A DNA stretch of 64,000 nt from Methanobacteriota archaeon. Lineage in GTDB: Archaea > Thermoplasmatota > Poseidoniia > Poseidoniales > Thalassarchaeaceae. The notes beneath the pieces were generated by a model that searched no databases, had not been told where the DNA came from, and saw nothing but the letters and a program-made list of their open reading frames with translations. A program made the position numbers and the translations under genes. Below are positions 30,825-40,520 of this stretch, piece after piece (within the stretch, counting starts at the first letter, position 1; every line of letters begins with the position of its first letter). Where the stretch lies: NCBI GenBank assembly GCA_018654845.1, contig JABIKU010000016.1:3727-67726 (forward strand). The letters run 5' to 3'.

Positions 30825-30894
30825 ATTTCTTCACTCTCGCTAACAATAGTTCGGAGATTCCGAACCATAATTTCTCATCGCACAATGGGCCGTG

Positions 30895-30900
30895 TATAAA
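30895..30900 (-). promoter_or_regulatory. Putative TATA box (TTTATA) of topA
   Basis: TTTATA on minus strand, 27-32 nt upstream of the hairpin/ATG at 30868. Confidence 0.5.
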
Positions 30901-30924
30901 CTTGAGCAAACCAGAATTCACCCA

Positions 30925-30951
30925 ACACGCGCGCGTGTATGCGAGCGCGCG
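30925..30951. repeat. Perfect 14-bp palindrome ACACGCGCGCGTGT within an alternating purine-pyrimidine tract
   Basis: 30925-30938 is self-complementary; 30925-30943 strictly alternates; GCGCGCG again at 30945-30951. Confidence 0.9.
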
Positions 30952-30957
30952 AGGCGG

Positions 30958-31416
30958 TCATGCAATTTTGCTTCTAGAAGATATTTCATCCCATGGTAAT
31001 TCAGCTGCTGGACCAGCACAGTTGACACAACCGGGGTAGCCTGCATTGGCTAATTCAAGAATAGATTTTTTCAATAGAGGCCAATGATTGTAATCCCCAT
31101 TAATCCAAACATCATCATCATTACCGGGGCATTCTTTCGATATGATACCACCTTTTGGTGTTTTCTCTAATGTAAATATTATTGAGTCCGAGGGATGTAA
31201 ATTGTTCTGTATTCCCAAAATTAGTGTAGGTGCTAAATCAGATATCTTGAGAGAAATTTTTTTTATTTCATCCTCTAATTCACTTGGATGATTGATTATA
31301 CAACCAGTAGAACGCAGAATTCTTCGGGCTAATTCTGCGATAGCCAAAGAGTTAGCCGATTGGTCCACACTTAGCCGTAGAGCCGGAACTCTTGAAGGAT
31401 ATCGTTTCGGCCGCAT
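30958..31416 (-). CDS. Hypothetical protein with C-terminal CxxC
   Basis: 152-aa ORF containing GYPGCVNCAG; start uncertain. Confidence 0.6.
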   Translation of the reverse strand: MRPKRYPSRVPALRLSVDQSANSLAIAELARRILRSTGCIINHPSELEDEIKKISLKISDLAPTLILGIQNNLHPSDSIIFTLEKTPKGGIISKECPGNDDDVWINGDYNHWPLLKKSILELANAGYPGCVNCAGPAAELPWDEISSRSKIA

Positions 31417-31420
31417 TGAT

Positions 31421-32524
31421 GTGGGGCTTGCATATAGGACATTGGTTCGGCCTATGTTCAGTTACATGGATTCAGAAAAAGCCCATCATCACAGCTTAAA
31501 TATGCTATCTAGATTCGGCCAAAATCCAGTTGGCCATAGAGTAATTAGTAGTGTATATCATGCACCAGAATTACCAATACATGTGTTCGGTAAATTATTC
31601 CATCATCCTTTAGGTCTCGCTGCAGGGTTTGATAAAAAGGCACAGGCATTAACTGCTTGGCCAGCATTAGGATTTTCCTGGATGGAATACGGGGGGATTA
31701 CACGTTATCCCCAAGATGGAAACCCCAAACCTAGAATGTTTCGAGCTGATTCAGAACAAGCCTTAGTTAACCGTATGGGATTTAACAATCCTGGCGCATT
31801 AGCAATGAGAGATTCTCTCAATCAAAGAAAAGCAAGAGGGAAATGGCCTAACACACCAGTTGTGGCAAACATTGGTCGCTCAAAAAAAGTCACAAATGAA
31901 AATGCAGCAGATGACTTTTCCTCATCTTTAGAACTTCTTTGGGATTATGCCGATATGTTTGTTCTGAATGTTTCTTCTCCAAATACCCCTGGACTTCGCG
32001 ATCTTCAAAGGGGTGATGGTCTTGCAAAGGTCATCAATTCATGCTCTAATCTTCGAGATAAAAAAAGCGTAAACAAACCATTAATATTGAAATTTTCACC
32101 AGATGAATCCAATGATAATTTGATTTCATCGGCCGAGATAGCACTTTCGAATGGAATTAATGGTTTTGTTGCAACTAATACAACAATTTCTCGTCCCGTT
32201 CCAAACAACTCTAGGTCAAGGTCTGCATTCGCTGAATCTGGTGGTTTATCTGGTAGACCAATCAATAAAAGAGCTCTCGAAGTTGTCAATTTACTCTATG
32301 ATTCTACAGGGGGTTCAGTTCCAATAATTGGAGTTGGTGGAATTGATTCAGCGGATGTTGCGTGGGAAATGGTACAATCAGGTGCTTCGTTGTTACAATT
32401 GTATTCAGCATTAGTATTCAAGGGTCCTTCAGTAGTTTCTGAAATTGTTAAAGGACTTAAGAAGAAAGTAAAAATAGAAGGTTTTGTAAATATTGAAGAG
32501 GCGGTAGGATATAATCATCATTGA
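31421..32524 (+). CDS. pyrD: Quinone-dependent dihydroorotate dehydrogenase (class 2)
   Basis: EKAHH, LAAGFDK, GNPKPRMFR, NVSSPNTPGLR, GGLSG; start approximate. Confidence 0.95.
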   Translation: MGLAYRTLVRPMFSYMDSEKAHHHSLNMLSRFGQNPVGHRVISSVYHAPELPIHVFGKLFHHPLGLAAGFDKKAQALTAWPALGFSWMEYGGITRYPQDGNPKPRMFRADSEQALVNRMGFNNPGALAMRDSLNQRKARGKWPNTPVVANIGRSKKVTNENAADDFSSSLELLWDYADMFVLNVSSPNTPGLRDLQRGDGLAKVINSCSNLRDKKSVNKPLILKFSPDESNDNLISSAEIALSNGINGFVATNTTISRPVPNNSRSRSAFAESGGLSGRPINKRALEVVNLLYDSTGGSVPIIGVGGIDSADVAWEMVQSGASLLQLYSALVFKGPSVVSEIVKGLKKKVKIEGFVNIEEAVGYNHH

Positions 32525-32552
32525 GTTTTCAAAATAATTAGGAGGTAATAAT

Positions 32553-32936
32553 ATGGCCACAAGAAAAAGTAGATTGGTAATAATCGGAGTATTATTATTA
32601 GTTTTAACTTCTCTAATGTTTCTCAATGTTGACAAGGATTACCAATATTCAGTAGATGAGATAATGGGGTCTCCAGAAAATTTTGAAAATTACAATGTAC
32701 ACTTACGGGGCGAAGTTGTAATTGGTACTGTTGATGAAGAAAATAACATTTTTTATCTGTCGGGTGTAGTTGAAGAAATATTAATCGATTATTCTAGTAT
32801 TTCTATTCCTGATGGATTTTCAGAGGGATTAACAATCTCTGTAAAAGGGAAATTAGCATTCAATGAGGGCAGTTGGGCAATCCAAGCCAAGGAAATTCAA
32901 ACTGGTTGCCCATCGAAATATGAAGCTAATCAATAG
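32553..32936 (+). CDS. ccmE: Cytochrome c maturation heme chaperone CcmE (CxxxY variant)
   Basis: N-terminal TM, LRGEV, IPDGFSEG..VKG, CPSKY. Confidence 0.88.
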   Translation: MATRKSRLVIIGVLLLVLTSLMFLNVDKDYQYSVDEIMGSPENFENYNVHLRGEVVIGTVDEENNIFYLSGVVEEILIDYSSISIPDGFSEGLTISVKGKLAFNEGSWAIQAKEIQTGCPSKYEANQ

Positions 32937-32992
32937 GCTAAATCATCATCTTTCCGAAAGGGATTCGTTGATATGGGACACTTCCCTAGGGG

Positions 32993-33303
32993 TGTTGGGC
33001 TAGGGGGAGTGTTGACGTGCTCTATTTTACACAAATCGTCGATAAAGGTGTCCCGAAGTTCGAGGGCGGCTCAGACGAGCTTATGGTGACCCACCAGTTG
33101 ACGTCGATGCTTCGCCCCCAAGAGATGCAGGTTGGCAAAATGTCATTCCGAAGGGAATGTCGGACTGTCTTACGCCCGGGAACCAGGTCAGGCGCGGAAG
33201 CGAGCAACCCGACCGGGGATGCTGGATGCCTTGGGAATGCGGAGTGGAGGAGATTGGTGAATATTCATCATTTGTGACGAGTGCCCACCGAGAACGTGCC
33301 CAC
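32993..33303 (+). ncRNA. ffs: Archaeal signal recognition particle (7S) RNA
   Basis: GC-rich island of about 310 nt; 5' GGGCTAGG pairs with 3' GCCCA; helix 8 CAGGCGC-GGAA-GCGAGCA; helix 6 CATTCC-GAAG-GGAATG; ends approximate. Confidence 0.9.
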
Positions 33304-33776
33304 TAAATTGGAATATTTATTATTCCACCCATTTGACAGATGATTTCAAAATGTTCAGAACTAACTGGTTGAACAGAAAGTCGTTGCCCTTTTCGAATTA
33401 ATGGCAACCCCATCAAATCTTGATTTGCCTTAGCATCTTGTAAATTTACTGTATTAATATCAGTAATAGGTTCGATATCAACCATAAACCATCTTGGATC
33501 TTCTTCTGAAGATTTTGGGTCAAAATATTTTGATTTCGGATCCCAAGATGTAAAGTCTGGATAACTTTCTTTGCAGATTCTAGCGATTCCTGCAATGTGA
33601 GGGGGTTTGCAATTCGAATGGTAAAATAAAACCAAGTCTCCCATTTTCATTGAATCTCGCATAATATTTCTGGCTTGATAATTTCTAACACCATCCCAAT
33701 GGGTCGATTTGTCTTTTACTAACATTGACCAAGAGTAAACATCAGGTTCACTTTTCATTAACCAATAATTTCTCAT
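33303..33776 (-). CDS. EVE domain protein (PUA-like)
   Basis: YWLMKSEP, WDGVRNYQARN, FYHS, RLSVQPV. Confidence 0.93.
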   Translation of the reverse strand: MRNYWLMKSEPDVYSWSMLVKDKSTHWDGVRNYQARNIMRDSMKMGDLVLFYHSNCKPPHIAGIARICKESYPDFTSWDPKSKYFDPKSSEEDPRWFMVDIEPITDINTVNLQDAKANQDLMGLPLIRKGQRLSVQPVSSEHFEIICQMGGIINIPI

Positions 33777-33783
33777 GATATCA

Positions 33784-36705
33784 CTACCAAGCATCATCTG
33801 AAGAACCGAATACCAAAGATGCATCTAGTACATCTGCCTCATCCTTTGCAATAGCTCTGCGCAACCCTGCTGTTTTGACCATAGTTGATACACCACCAGT
33901 TAGACCAATATTCGCTTTGACTAAGAGGCTGTAAATTGCTGGTAATAATAACAACGCAGAAATTGCAGCGATGATTAGTAAGATAATTACAACATCGACA
34001 AATGGCTGAACCGCTGGAATCGGAATCCATTTGGCACTCATCAAACCCAATGCAGTTACAGTCGTCGATTCGAACAGGCTCATGCCAGTACTAGCACAGG
34101 AAATTTTGATTGCCTCTAAAGAACCGCCTAATTCCTTAACTCTATTTGCGATATGAATAGAGAAATCCACACCTACTCCAACCAATATGGATCCAATCAT
34201 AACAGTAACGAGATTAAGAGCAACACCTCCTGAATCCATGACCAACCATTGCATTCCTACTGTAAATCCTACTGGAATGGTAGTTAATAATGCGTATCTA
34301 ATATCACGGAATACAAGTCCTAAAGTTAGAACTGTAAATAATAATGCAAAGATTAACGAACTCCATTGTGAACCTACAATGAGATTGTTTACTTCAATAG
34401 TCACGGAAGCAACACCGATTAATTCAGTGGAAGTAATAGCTCCACCAGTATCTTGGCTCGCGAAATCATTAACCTGCTTTACTGCTATTTGGGTGCGTTG
34501 AACATCCATAAAGGGCATATCAATGTAAATCAGACTACGCTGGTAATCTGATGATACGAATAATTCCCTCATTTCTTTAGTTAAACTATTATAGAATACA
34601 TAAATCATGAAGTTTTGAGCCTGGGTGCCCCCTGTTTCTTGGACACTAAGAGTGTCTAACACCGCCCAAAAAGAAGCATTCCCTGATTGCTCTCTATCGA
34701 ATATTAGTGTGGCGACGTCTTTGATAGGTTCTGGAAGTGGTGTATCATCGATGATATCTGATATTGGTGTGCCAGATAAGTTAACACTCACAGCAACCGC
34801 TTTCATGAGAAACACAACCGAAACTGCAGTTGTATTCGAAACTAAATTACAATTCGCTTCCAATTTTTCAATACCTTCTAAGTTGGAAAATGGGTCATTA
34901 CCAGTTGCCGACAATTCTGGTGATGCGCTAATGTCACCGTGAATCAACAAAAATCCTGGTTGACCTGCTTCGAATTCGTCACTGTATTGCCCCATCTTTT
35001 GCACTGCTGGTACTGGTGTCCCATCCATCCTCGTTTGAGGCGCCATGTCTAATAAATCGATATTTTCTTCAACATTATGCCTTGAAATTCCAGATGAAAT
35101 AAGCATGGCTATAATGAATATTGATAGAGTTAAGCGTGTCCATTTGACCGGAACTGCAACCGCATTTGTAAATAATTTAGGTGGAGGGTGGGAGGGTTTT
35201 TTTAGATCTAACATTATGGTCAAATTTGGAACCATCACCATTGTCATGATGTATACAACTACAATCCCGCCTGCAAGCCCCCAACCCACTGTTTGAATTG
35301 GTTTCATAGGAGTAAACGTCAAAGAAATAAATCCAATAATAGTGGTAACAGCTGATAAGAAAACTGCTTTTCCAGTAGAGTTTAATGCTTCAGCCATTTT
35401 TTCTTGAGGTGTTCCTTTAGATTCTGCATATCTATTTGTGATATGTAATCCATATGACACTCCTAATGCCAGGACAATCGGGCCAACTAATATCACCGTC
35501 ATTGTGACCTCATAATTCGTAAAACCAATAATCCCCATCGTTACGAAAACTGAACACAGGGTGGGCAGACCTGCAATTATCAATACTTTCACACCTTGGA
35601 CCCATCTAATACGCCCAGTTTGTAACAGGTCGCAATGGAAAATAAACAAACCACAAGCTACAAAAAATACACCTATAGGAAAAACGGACCAAAATAATTT
35701 GAATGATTCTTCTGTGACTGCATTAGTAATTGGCACTGGGCCAGTTAGAGTCATTGTTAGATTTAATTCATCCCAGTTATTTTCTACCCCTAATAAGTTA
35801 ATTTCTTTCTGAGTTTCTTCAATAAGATCAGACACACTAATATTTTCATTATATGCAATTCCTAAAATTATCACTGCTCTATTCCAATAAAAAGCTTGTA
35901 CTGCTTCTTCTCTTCCAACGTCTCGAACTAATTTATTAAGGGCGTTTTGGGGCATTTCGCCAAGAATTTGGTCAATTCTTTCTTGTTCATCTGGAATTGC
36001 ATAATTCCCCAAAAAATCTTGTTGTTCATCTATTGTTTCATTCATTTGATCTGACAATTCTTCATTGCCCGATGCTTCAGCTAATCCAGAAAAAAATGCT
36101 TTTGCAACTCTAACAGCACTTGAATTTACTTCTTTAATTACCGTTGATATCGAAAGAACATAGATGATATCATCTTCTGCCCCAGCGTCATTTCTTGCGG
36201 GATTTAACTTATTCTCAATTGCATCAATTTGGTCTAGGATTTTGACTGTAGTAACGTTATAATCTTCCGATTCAACATAAATGACCATCACATTAGTCGT
36301 CCAATCATTTTCAACAACCTCGATCAATTCCTTCACGTTAGAGCCCTCTGGAAGGTAAACTGCAAGGTCACCGTTTACATTCATTGAGGATTCTTCATAA
36401 CACCAATCATATTCATATCCATCTCTACAATCATTAATTCCAGAATGCATTGTAAAAAACCCAGTTACTAACAATGATAAAATAACTGTAATGACAGGCA
36501 CTTTGGTTAAAATATCTGTACCAGACATACTATTTAGTGCTCTTTTTACAGCATTGGGTGCTCTTTTGATGGAGTTTGCAATCGCATCAGGATTCAGATT
36601 ATCAATTGATTTTATTGATTCAGAATATTTGGAAGTAATTTTGCTTTTAGCATGTGTAAATCGCGAAGTGTTCAAAGAATCTTCTTCATTGTCACGTTGG
36701 CTCAC
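33784..36705 (-). CDS. RND/MMPL family transporter (archaeal HAE3-like)
   Basis: Two repeats of large loop plus TM bundle; LGVSYGLH, GVGVDFSIH; start set at GTG 36705. Confidence 0.88.
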   Translation of the reverse strand: MSQRDNEEDSLNTSRFTHAKSKITSKYSESIKSIDNLNPDAIANSIKRAPNAVKRALNSMSGTDILTKVPVITVILSLLVTGFFTMHSGINDCRDGYEYDWCYEESSMNVNGDLAVYLPEGSNVKELIEVVENDWTTNVMVIYVESEDYNVTTVKILDQIDAIENKLNPARNDAGAEDDIIYVLSISTVIKEVNSSAVRVAKAFFSGLAEASGNEELSDQMNETIDEQQDFLGNYAIPDEQERIDQILGEMPQNALNKLVRDVGREEAVQAFYWNRAVIILGIAYNENISVSDLIEETQKEINLLGVENNWDELNLTMTLTGPVPITNAVTEESFKLFWSVFPIGVFFVACGLFIFHCDLLQTGRIRWVQGVKVLIIAGLPTLCSVFVTMGIIGFTNYEVTMTVILVGPIVLALGVSYGLHITNRYAESKGTPQEKMAEALNSTGKAVFLSAVTTIIGFISLTFTPMKPIQTVGWGLAGGIVVVYIMTMVMVPNLTIMLDLKKPSHPPPKLFTNAVAVPVKWTRLTLSIFIIAMLISSGISRHNVEENIDLLDMAPQTRMDGTPVPAVQKMGQYSDEFEAGQPGFLLIHGDISASPELSATGNDPFSNLEGIEKLEANCNLVSNTTAVSVVFLMKAVAVSVNLSGTPISDIIDDTPLPEPIKDVATLIFDREQSGNASFWAVLDTLSVQETGGTQAQNFMIYVFYNSLTKEMRELFVSSDYQRSLIYIDMPFMDVQRTQIAVKQVNDFASQDTGGAITSTELIGVASVTIEVNNLIVGSQWSSLIFALLFTVLTLGLVFRDIRYALLTTIPVGFTVGMQWLVMDSGGVALNLVTVMIGSILVGVGVDFSIHIANRVKELGGSLEAIKISCASTGMSLFESTTVTALGLMSAKWIPIPAVQPFVDVVIILLIIAAISALLLLPAIYSLLVKANIGLTGGVSTMVKTAGLRRAIAKDEADVLDASLVFGSSDDAW

Positions 36706-36856
36706 GATACCACCAACTCCATCTGGTGAAAGGAGGAACTTCAACCCCTCGCAATTATTTGTTCTCATGTGGGGGAATATTATTGCAATTCTCTTTGCGG
36801 GAATAGTCAAGAAGATAACGCCCGCAGACTCAAATTGAAAACACGGAGTGTTGGAT

Positions 36857-39325
36857 ATGAGTACACCCATAATCAGTGATAAGAGATGGTCCATTGATCT
36901 TGAAAAAAGGATTCAAGAGGAACATTATAGAGAAAATTATTCCACACGATATTCATTCAATCCTGAGAGTGAAAAGGAACTTTTCATCATTGATACTCCA
37001 CCACCCTACCCTAGTGGCACTTGGCATATTGGAGCCGTTGCACAATACAGTATGATCGATGTTATTGCTAGGAGCCAAAGATTGCTTGGAAAAGAGGTAT
37101 TCTTCCCTTGGGGTGTTGATAGAAATGGGATAAATATTGAATTCACAGTTGAGAAGAAGACTGGTAAAAAAATGAGAACCTTTGAGCGTGGCAAATTCAT
37201 TGAAATTTGCAGAGAAACTATCGATGAATATACTCAAGCTATGCGTGAAACTGCTTGCCGCGTTGGTCTTTCTTGTGATTTTGAAAAAGAATACCTTACT
37301 GACTCACCTGAATTTAGAGGTGCTTCACAATCAATTTTTGTACAATTATTCAAGCAAGGAGATATTATTGAAGATTATCGCCCTAACATCTATGATACTA
37401 TTGAAAAAACCACTATTGCCGATGCGGAAGTTCAAAGAATTACACGCAAAACCAAATTATGCGATGTCAAATGGATTACAGAAGATGGAGATGAATTAGT
37501 CATCAGCACTACTCGCCCAGAACTCATTTGCGCCTGTGGTGTCGTCGTTGTTCATCCAGAGGATGAGAGGTATACACACTTAGTTGGAAAGAAGTTAGAA
37601 TTACCTCTTCCGACTAAAGGGAGAAGTAATTTTGTCGAGATTAAACAACACCCTTCGGTAAAAATGGAATTTGGTTCTGGAGTATTGATGGTTTGTTCAT
37701 TCGGCGACCAAAATGATGTATCGATATTCAGAGAATTAGGCCTTTCTCCTTTCGTAGCAATAAATTTAGATGGAAACATTACTGAAATAGGGGGTCCTCT
37801 GGAGAATCTATCAGTTATTGATGCTCGCAAGGAAGCCATATTGTTGTTAGAAACAAGAGGGTCGTTAGTTTCCATTAAAGATCATGACCAAGAAATTCCT
37901 GTGAGTGAAAGAGGAAATAATCCAGTTGAAATTATTTTACTAAAAGAGTGGTATGTCAAACAAATTGATGCACTCGATCGAATGAGAAATCACATCAAAG
38001 AAATAAATTTTATCCCCCCTCGTAATCAACAATTTTTAGATGATTGGATGAATGGAATATCTATTGATTGGCCAATTTCACGTCGACGCTGGTACCATAC
38101 AGAAGTACCAATCTGGTATTCAGAGGATGAGAAAATGATTATCGTACCACCATCTGGAAGTTATGTCCAACCTTGGCGTGAAAACCCCCCTGATGAATCA
38201 GAGGTTTTGGATAGGATTACTAGAGAGAAAATTGGCTCATATTCAGAAATGATTGACGATTTAGGGGCTTTAATTCCTGAAGAAAAAGTATTCGACACTT
38301 GGATGGATTCATCGAATTCCAATCTTTTTGTTTCTGGTTATTTACAAGACTCATCTTTGTTCGACAAAGCTTTCCCTACCTCTATTCGTCCCCAGGGGAA
38401 GGAAATCGTACGAACTTGGTTGTACTACACGCTCCTAAAAAGTACTCTATTGTTAAATAAACCCGGATTTGAGAATATTTGGATTGATGGTTTAGGAATG
38501 GATCCATGGGGGAGAAAAATGTCTAAATCTTTAGGAAATGGGATTGATGCTAACTCGGTTCTCGAATGCGGGGCTGGTGGACGAACTGGTTCTTGGAAAA
38601 TCAAAGGACTTGAGGGGAAACAAGTAAATTTCCGTGCGAATAAGATTGGCAGTGAATGTTTCCGTCTTTGGAAGGCTTGTGAAGCACAAGTAGGTGATGA
38701 TTTCCAAATCAATCCTGAAGAAATTGAGGCGAAGTATTTTGGAGTTTTGACTAAGATTTTCAATGTAGTAAGATTTGCAAGTCAATTTTCTATTCCCGAT
38801 GATTTAGATCAAATTCCCGATGATTTAGATATTGAGGACCGATGGATTCTGTCCGAATTTAGTAAAATGATGCAACAAACTGAAAATTCGTGGGAAAAAA
38901 TAGATATATATTCTGCATCTCAAGGATTGAAAAATTTTGGAACAGGCGTATTCCCCAGTCATTGGTTGGAAATGGCAAAATCAAGGCTGTATGATGGCGA
39001 TGCTAAGGCAGCGTGGACAATTCACAGAATTGTGAGAGATTATTTACAAGCATTTAGTCCAATTTGTCCATTCTTTACTCATTACCTTTCTACAACTCTT
39101 TATGGAGAGAGCGCTGTTGACGCTTGTCATTTTCCTAAATTAATTGGAATAAATGATGAATTATTATCTTTAACTGAACCAATCATGAATTTCAATTCAA
39201 TTGTTTGGAAAACCAAAAAAGAAATGGGAATTTCCCTTAATTCGGAAATCCAAGGGATGAATATTCCCGCCGAATTAGAAAATTTTAGTGTTCAGTTGAC
39301 AAATATGCATAAATTAATTTCATGA
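36857..39325 (+). CDS. valS: Valine--tRNA ligase
   Basis: DTPPPYPSG, HIGA, TTRPEL, DWPISR, DTWMDSS, KMSKSLGN. Confidence 0.93.
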   Translation: MSTPIISDKRWSIDLEKRIQEEHYRENYSTRYSFNPESEKELFIIDTPPPYPSGTWHIGAVAQYSMIDVIARSQRLLGKEVFFPWGVDRNGINIEFTVEKKTGKKMRTFERGKFIEICRETIDEYTQAMRETACRVGLSCDFEKEYLTDSPEFRGASQSIFVQLFKQGDIIEDYRPNIYDTIEKTTIADAEVQRITRKTKLCDVKWITEDGDELVISTTRPELICACGVVVVHPEDERYTHLVGKKLELPLPTKGRSNFVEIKQHPSVKMEFGSGVLMVCSFGDQNDVSIFRELGLSPFVAINLDGNITEIGGPLENLSVIDARKEAILLLETRGSLVSIKDHDQEIPVSERGNNPVEIILLKEWYVKQIDALDRMRNHIKEINFIPPRNQQFLDDWMNGISIDWPISRRRWYHTEVPIWYSEDEKMIIVPPSGSYVQPWRENPPDESEVLDRITREKIGSYSEMIDDLGALIPEEKVFDTWMDSSNSNLFVSGYLQDSSLFDKAFPTSIRPQGKEIVRTWLYYTLLKSTLLLNKPGFENIWIDGLGMDPWGRKMSKSLGNGIDANSVLECGAGGRTGSWKIKGLEGKQVNFRANKIGSECFRLWKACEAQVGDDFQINPEEIEAKYFGVLTKIFNVVRFASQFSIPDDLDQIPDDLDIEDRWILSEFSKMMQQTENSWEKIDIYSASQGLKNFGTGVFPSHWLEMAKSRLYDGDAKAAWTIHRIVRDYLQAFSPICPFFTHYLSTTLYGESAVDACHFPKLIGINDELLSLTEPIMNFNSIVWKTKKEMGISLNSEIQGMNIPAELENFSVQLTNMHKLIS
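38792..38830 (+). repeat. Perfect 18-bp duplication (ATTCCCGATGATTTAGAT x2, 21-bp period) in valS
   Basis: Read directly; encodes IPDDLD-Q-IPDDLD. Confidence 0.85.
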
Positions 39326-39372
39326 GATTTGCTAATTTGCTACAAATGATAATTATTTGTATTCAGTAAATT

Positions 39373-40350
39373 CTAATTTAGTGCGGAATGAGGTCTTTGT
39401 CCATTAAAATGATCTATCAATTGAGTTGCCATCTCTAGTCCAATTCTTGATTGAGCCTCCATTGTGGCAGCTCCAATATGAGGGGTGCCATGAAAATTTT
39501 GATGGGTTAGTAATTGGTTTCCAACCGCAGGCTCTTTCTCAAATACATCTAATGCTGCTGAAGTCAGCTTACCTGATTCTAGGGCTGATAAGGTGGCCTT
39601 TTCGTCAACAATACCACCTCTGGCACAATTCACTATATGGTTGCCACAATTTGTCCCATCCACCCCTATTTGCGGCATCAAATTCAATCTATCCTCATTA
39701 ACTAAATGATGTGTTTCATCTGTAAGGTTACAATGGACAGAAATGTGCGTGCACATAGAAAAAACAGAGTTTACATCATTATGTAGCGTGACGTTATTCT
39801 TCCTAGCAATTTCTGGAGGTAAATATGGATCATATGCATGTATTTCCATGCCAAGGGATTGAGCAACATTACCAACACCTTGTGCAATTCTTCCATATCC
39901 AATAAGCCCTAATCTTTTACCAGAAAGTTCAGTTCCTTTCAATTGTTTTTTTGCCCAAATTCCTTCACGCAACAACCGGTCTGCGGTTGCTATGTGTCTG
40001 CAAGATGTCAACAAGTGGCCAATCGTCAATTCTACTACACTATGAGTTGATGATCTAGGTGTATTACAAACTATCATACTGTTTTCCGTAGCTACTGAAA
40101 TATCTATATTATCGACTCCAACGCCAGCACGACCAATGAAGGAAATACCCCCCCCCCCTTTAACAGAGGCATGTAGAACCGCTTTAGTTAGTTTAGTTGC
40201 ACTTCGGATAACAACTGCATCGAAATCAGATAGCGCCCCTTCGAGTAATTCCTCTTTTGAATAATGTTTAATGACTACTTTGTGACCATTTTTTTCAAGA
40301 ATATTAACTGCATTTTTATCCATTCCATCTGTTACAGCTATCCGTGCCAT
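39373..40350 (-). CDS. D-3-phosphoglycerate dehydrogenase-like 2-hydroxyacid dehydrogenase (no ACT domain)
   Basis: RSATK, RAGVGVDNID, GYGRIA, NCARG, DVFEKEP, TPHIGA. Confidence 0.88.
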   Translation of the reverse strand: MARIAVTDGMDKNAVNILEKNGHKVVIKHYSKEELLEGALSDFDAVVIRSATKLTKAVLHASVKGGGGISFIGRAGVGVDNIDISVATENSMIVCNTPRSSTHSVVELTIGHLLTSCRHIATADRLLREGIWAKKQLKGTELSGKRLGLIGYGRIAQGVGNVAQSLGMEIHAYDPYLPPEIARKNNVTLHNDVNSVFSMCTHISVHCNLTDETHHLVNEDRLNLMPQIGVDGTNCGNHIVNCARGGIVDEKATLSALESGKLTSAALDVFEKEPAVGNQLLTHQNFHGTPHIGAATMEAQSRIGLEMATQLIDHFNGQRPHSALN

Positions 40351-40520
40351 TGGTTAATTGCTTGGCTGGGGGATGATGAATATTTCTAATTGAATTTTTG
40401 TGATAATTTTCGTTTTTGATAATATATATTGAGTATGGCAATTTTTCTTCTATCCATAAAATACATGTTTTATTGAATATTAACCGTTTCGTTCTTGAAT
40501 AATAAGGAGCAGCAATTCTT

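Noticed and set aside
33017..33277. ORFs 33017..33277(+) and 33022..33207(-)
   Set aside because: They lie within the GC-rich SRP RNA and are open only because of its composition.
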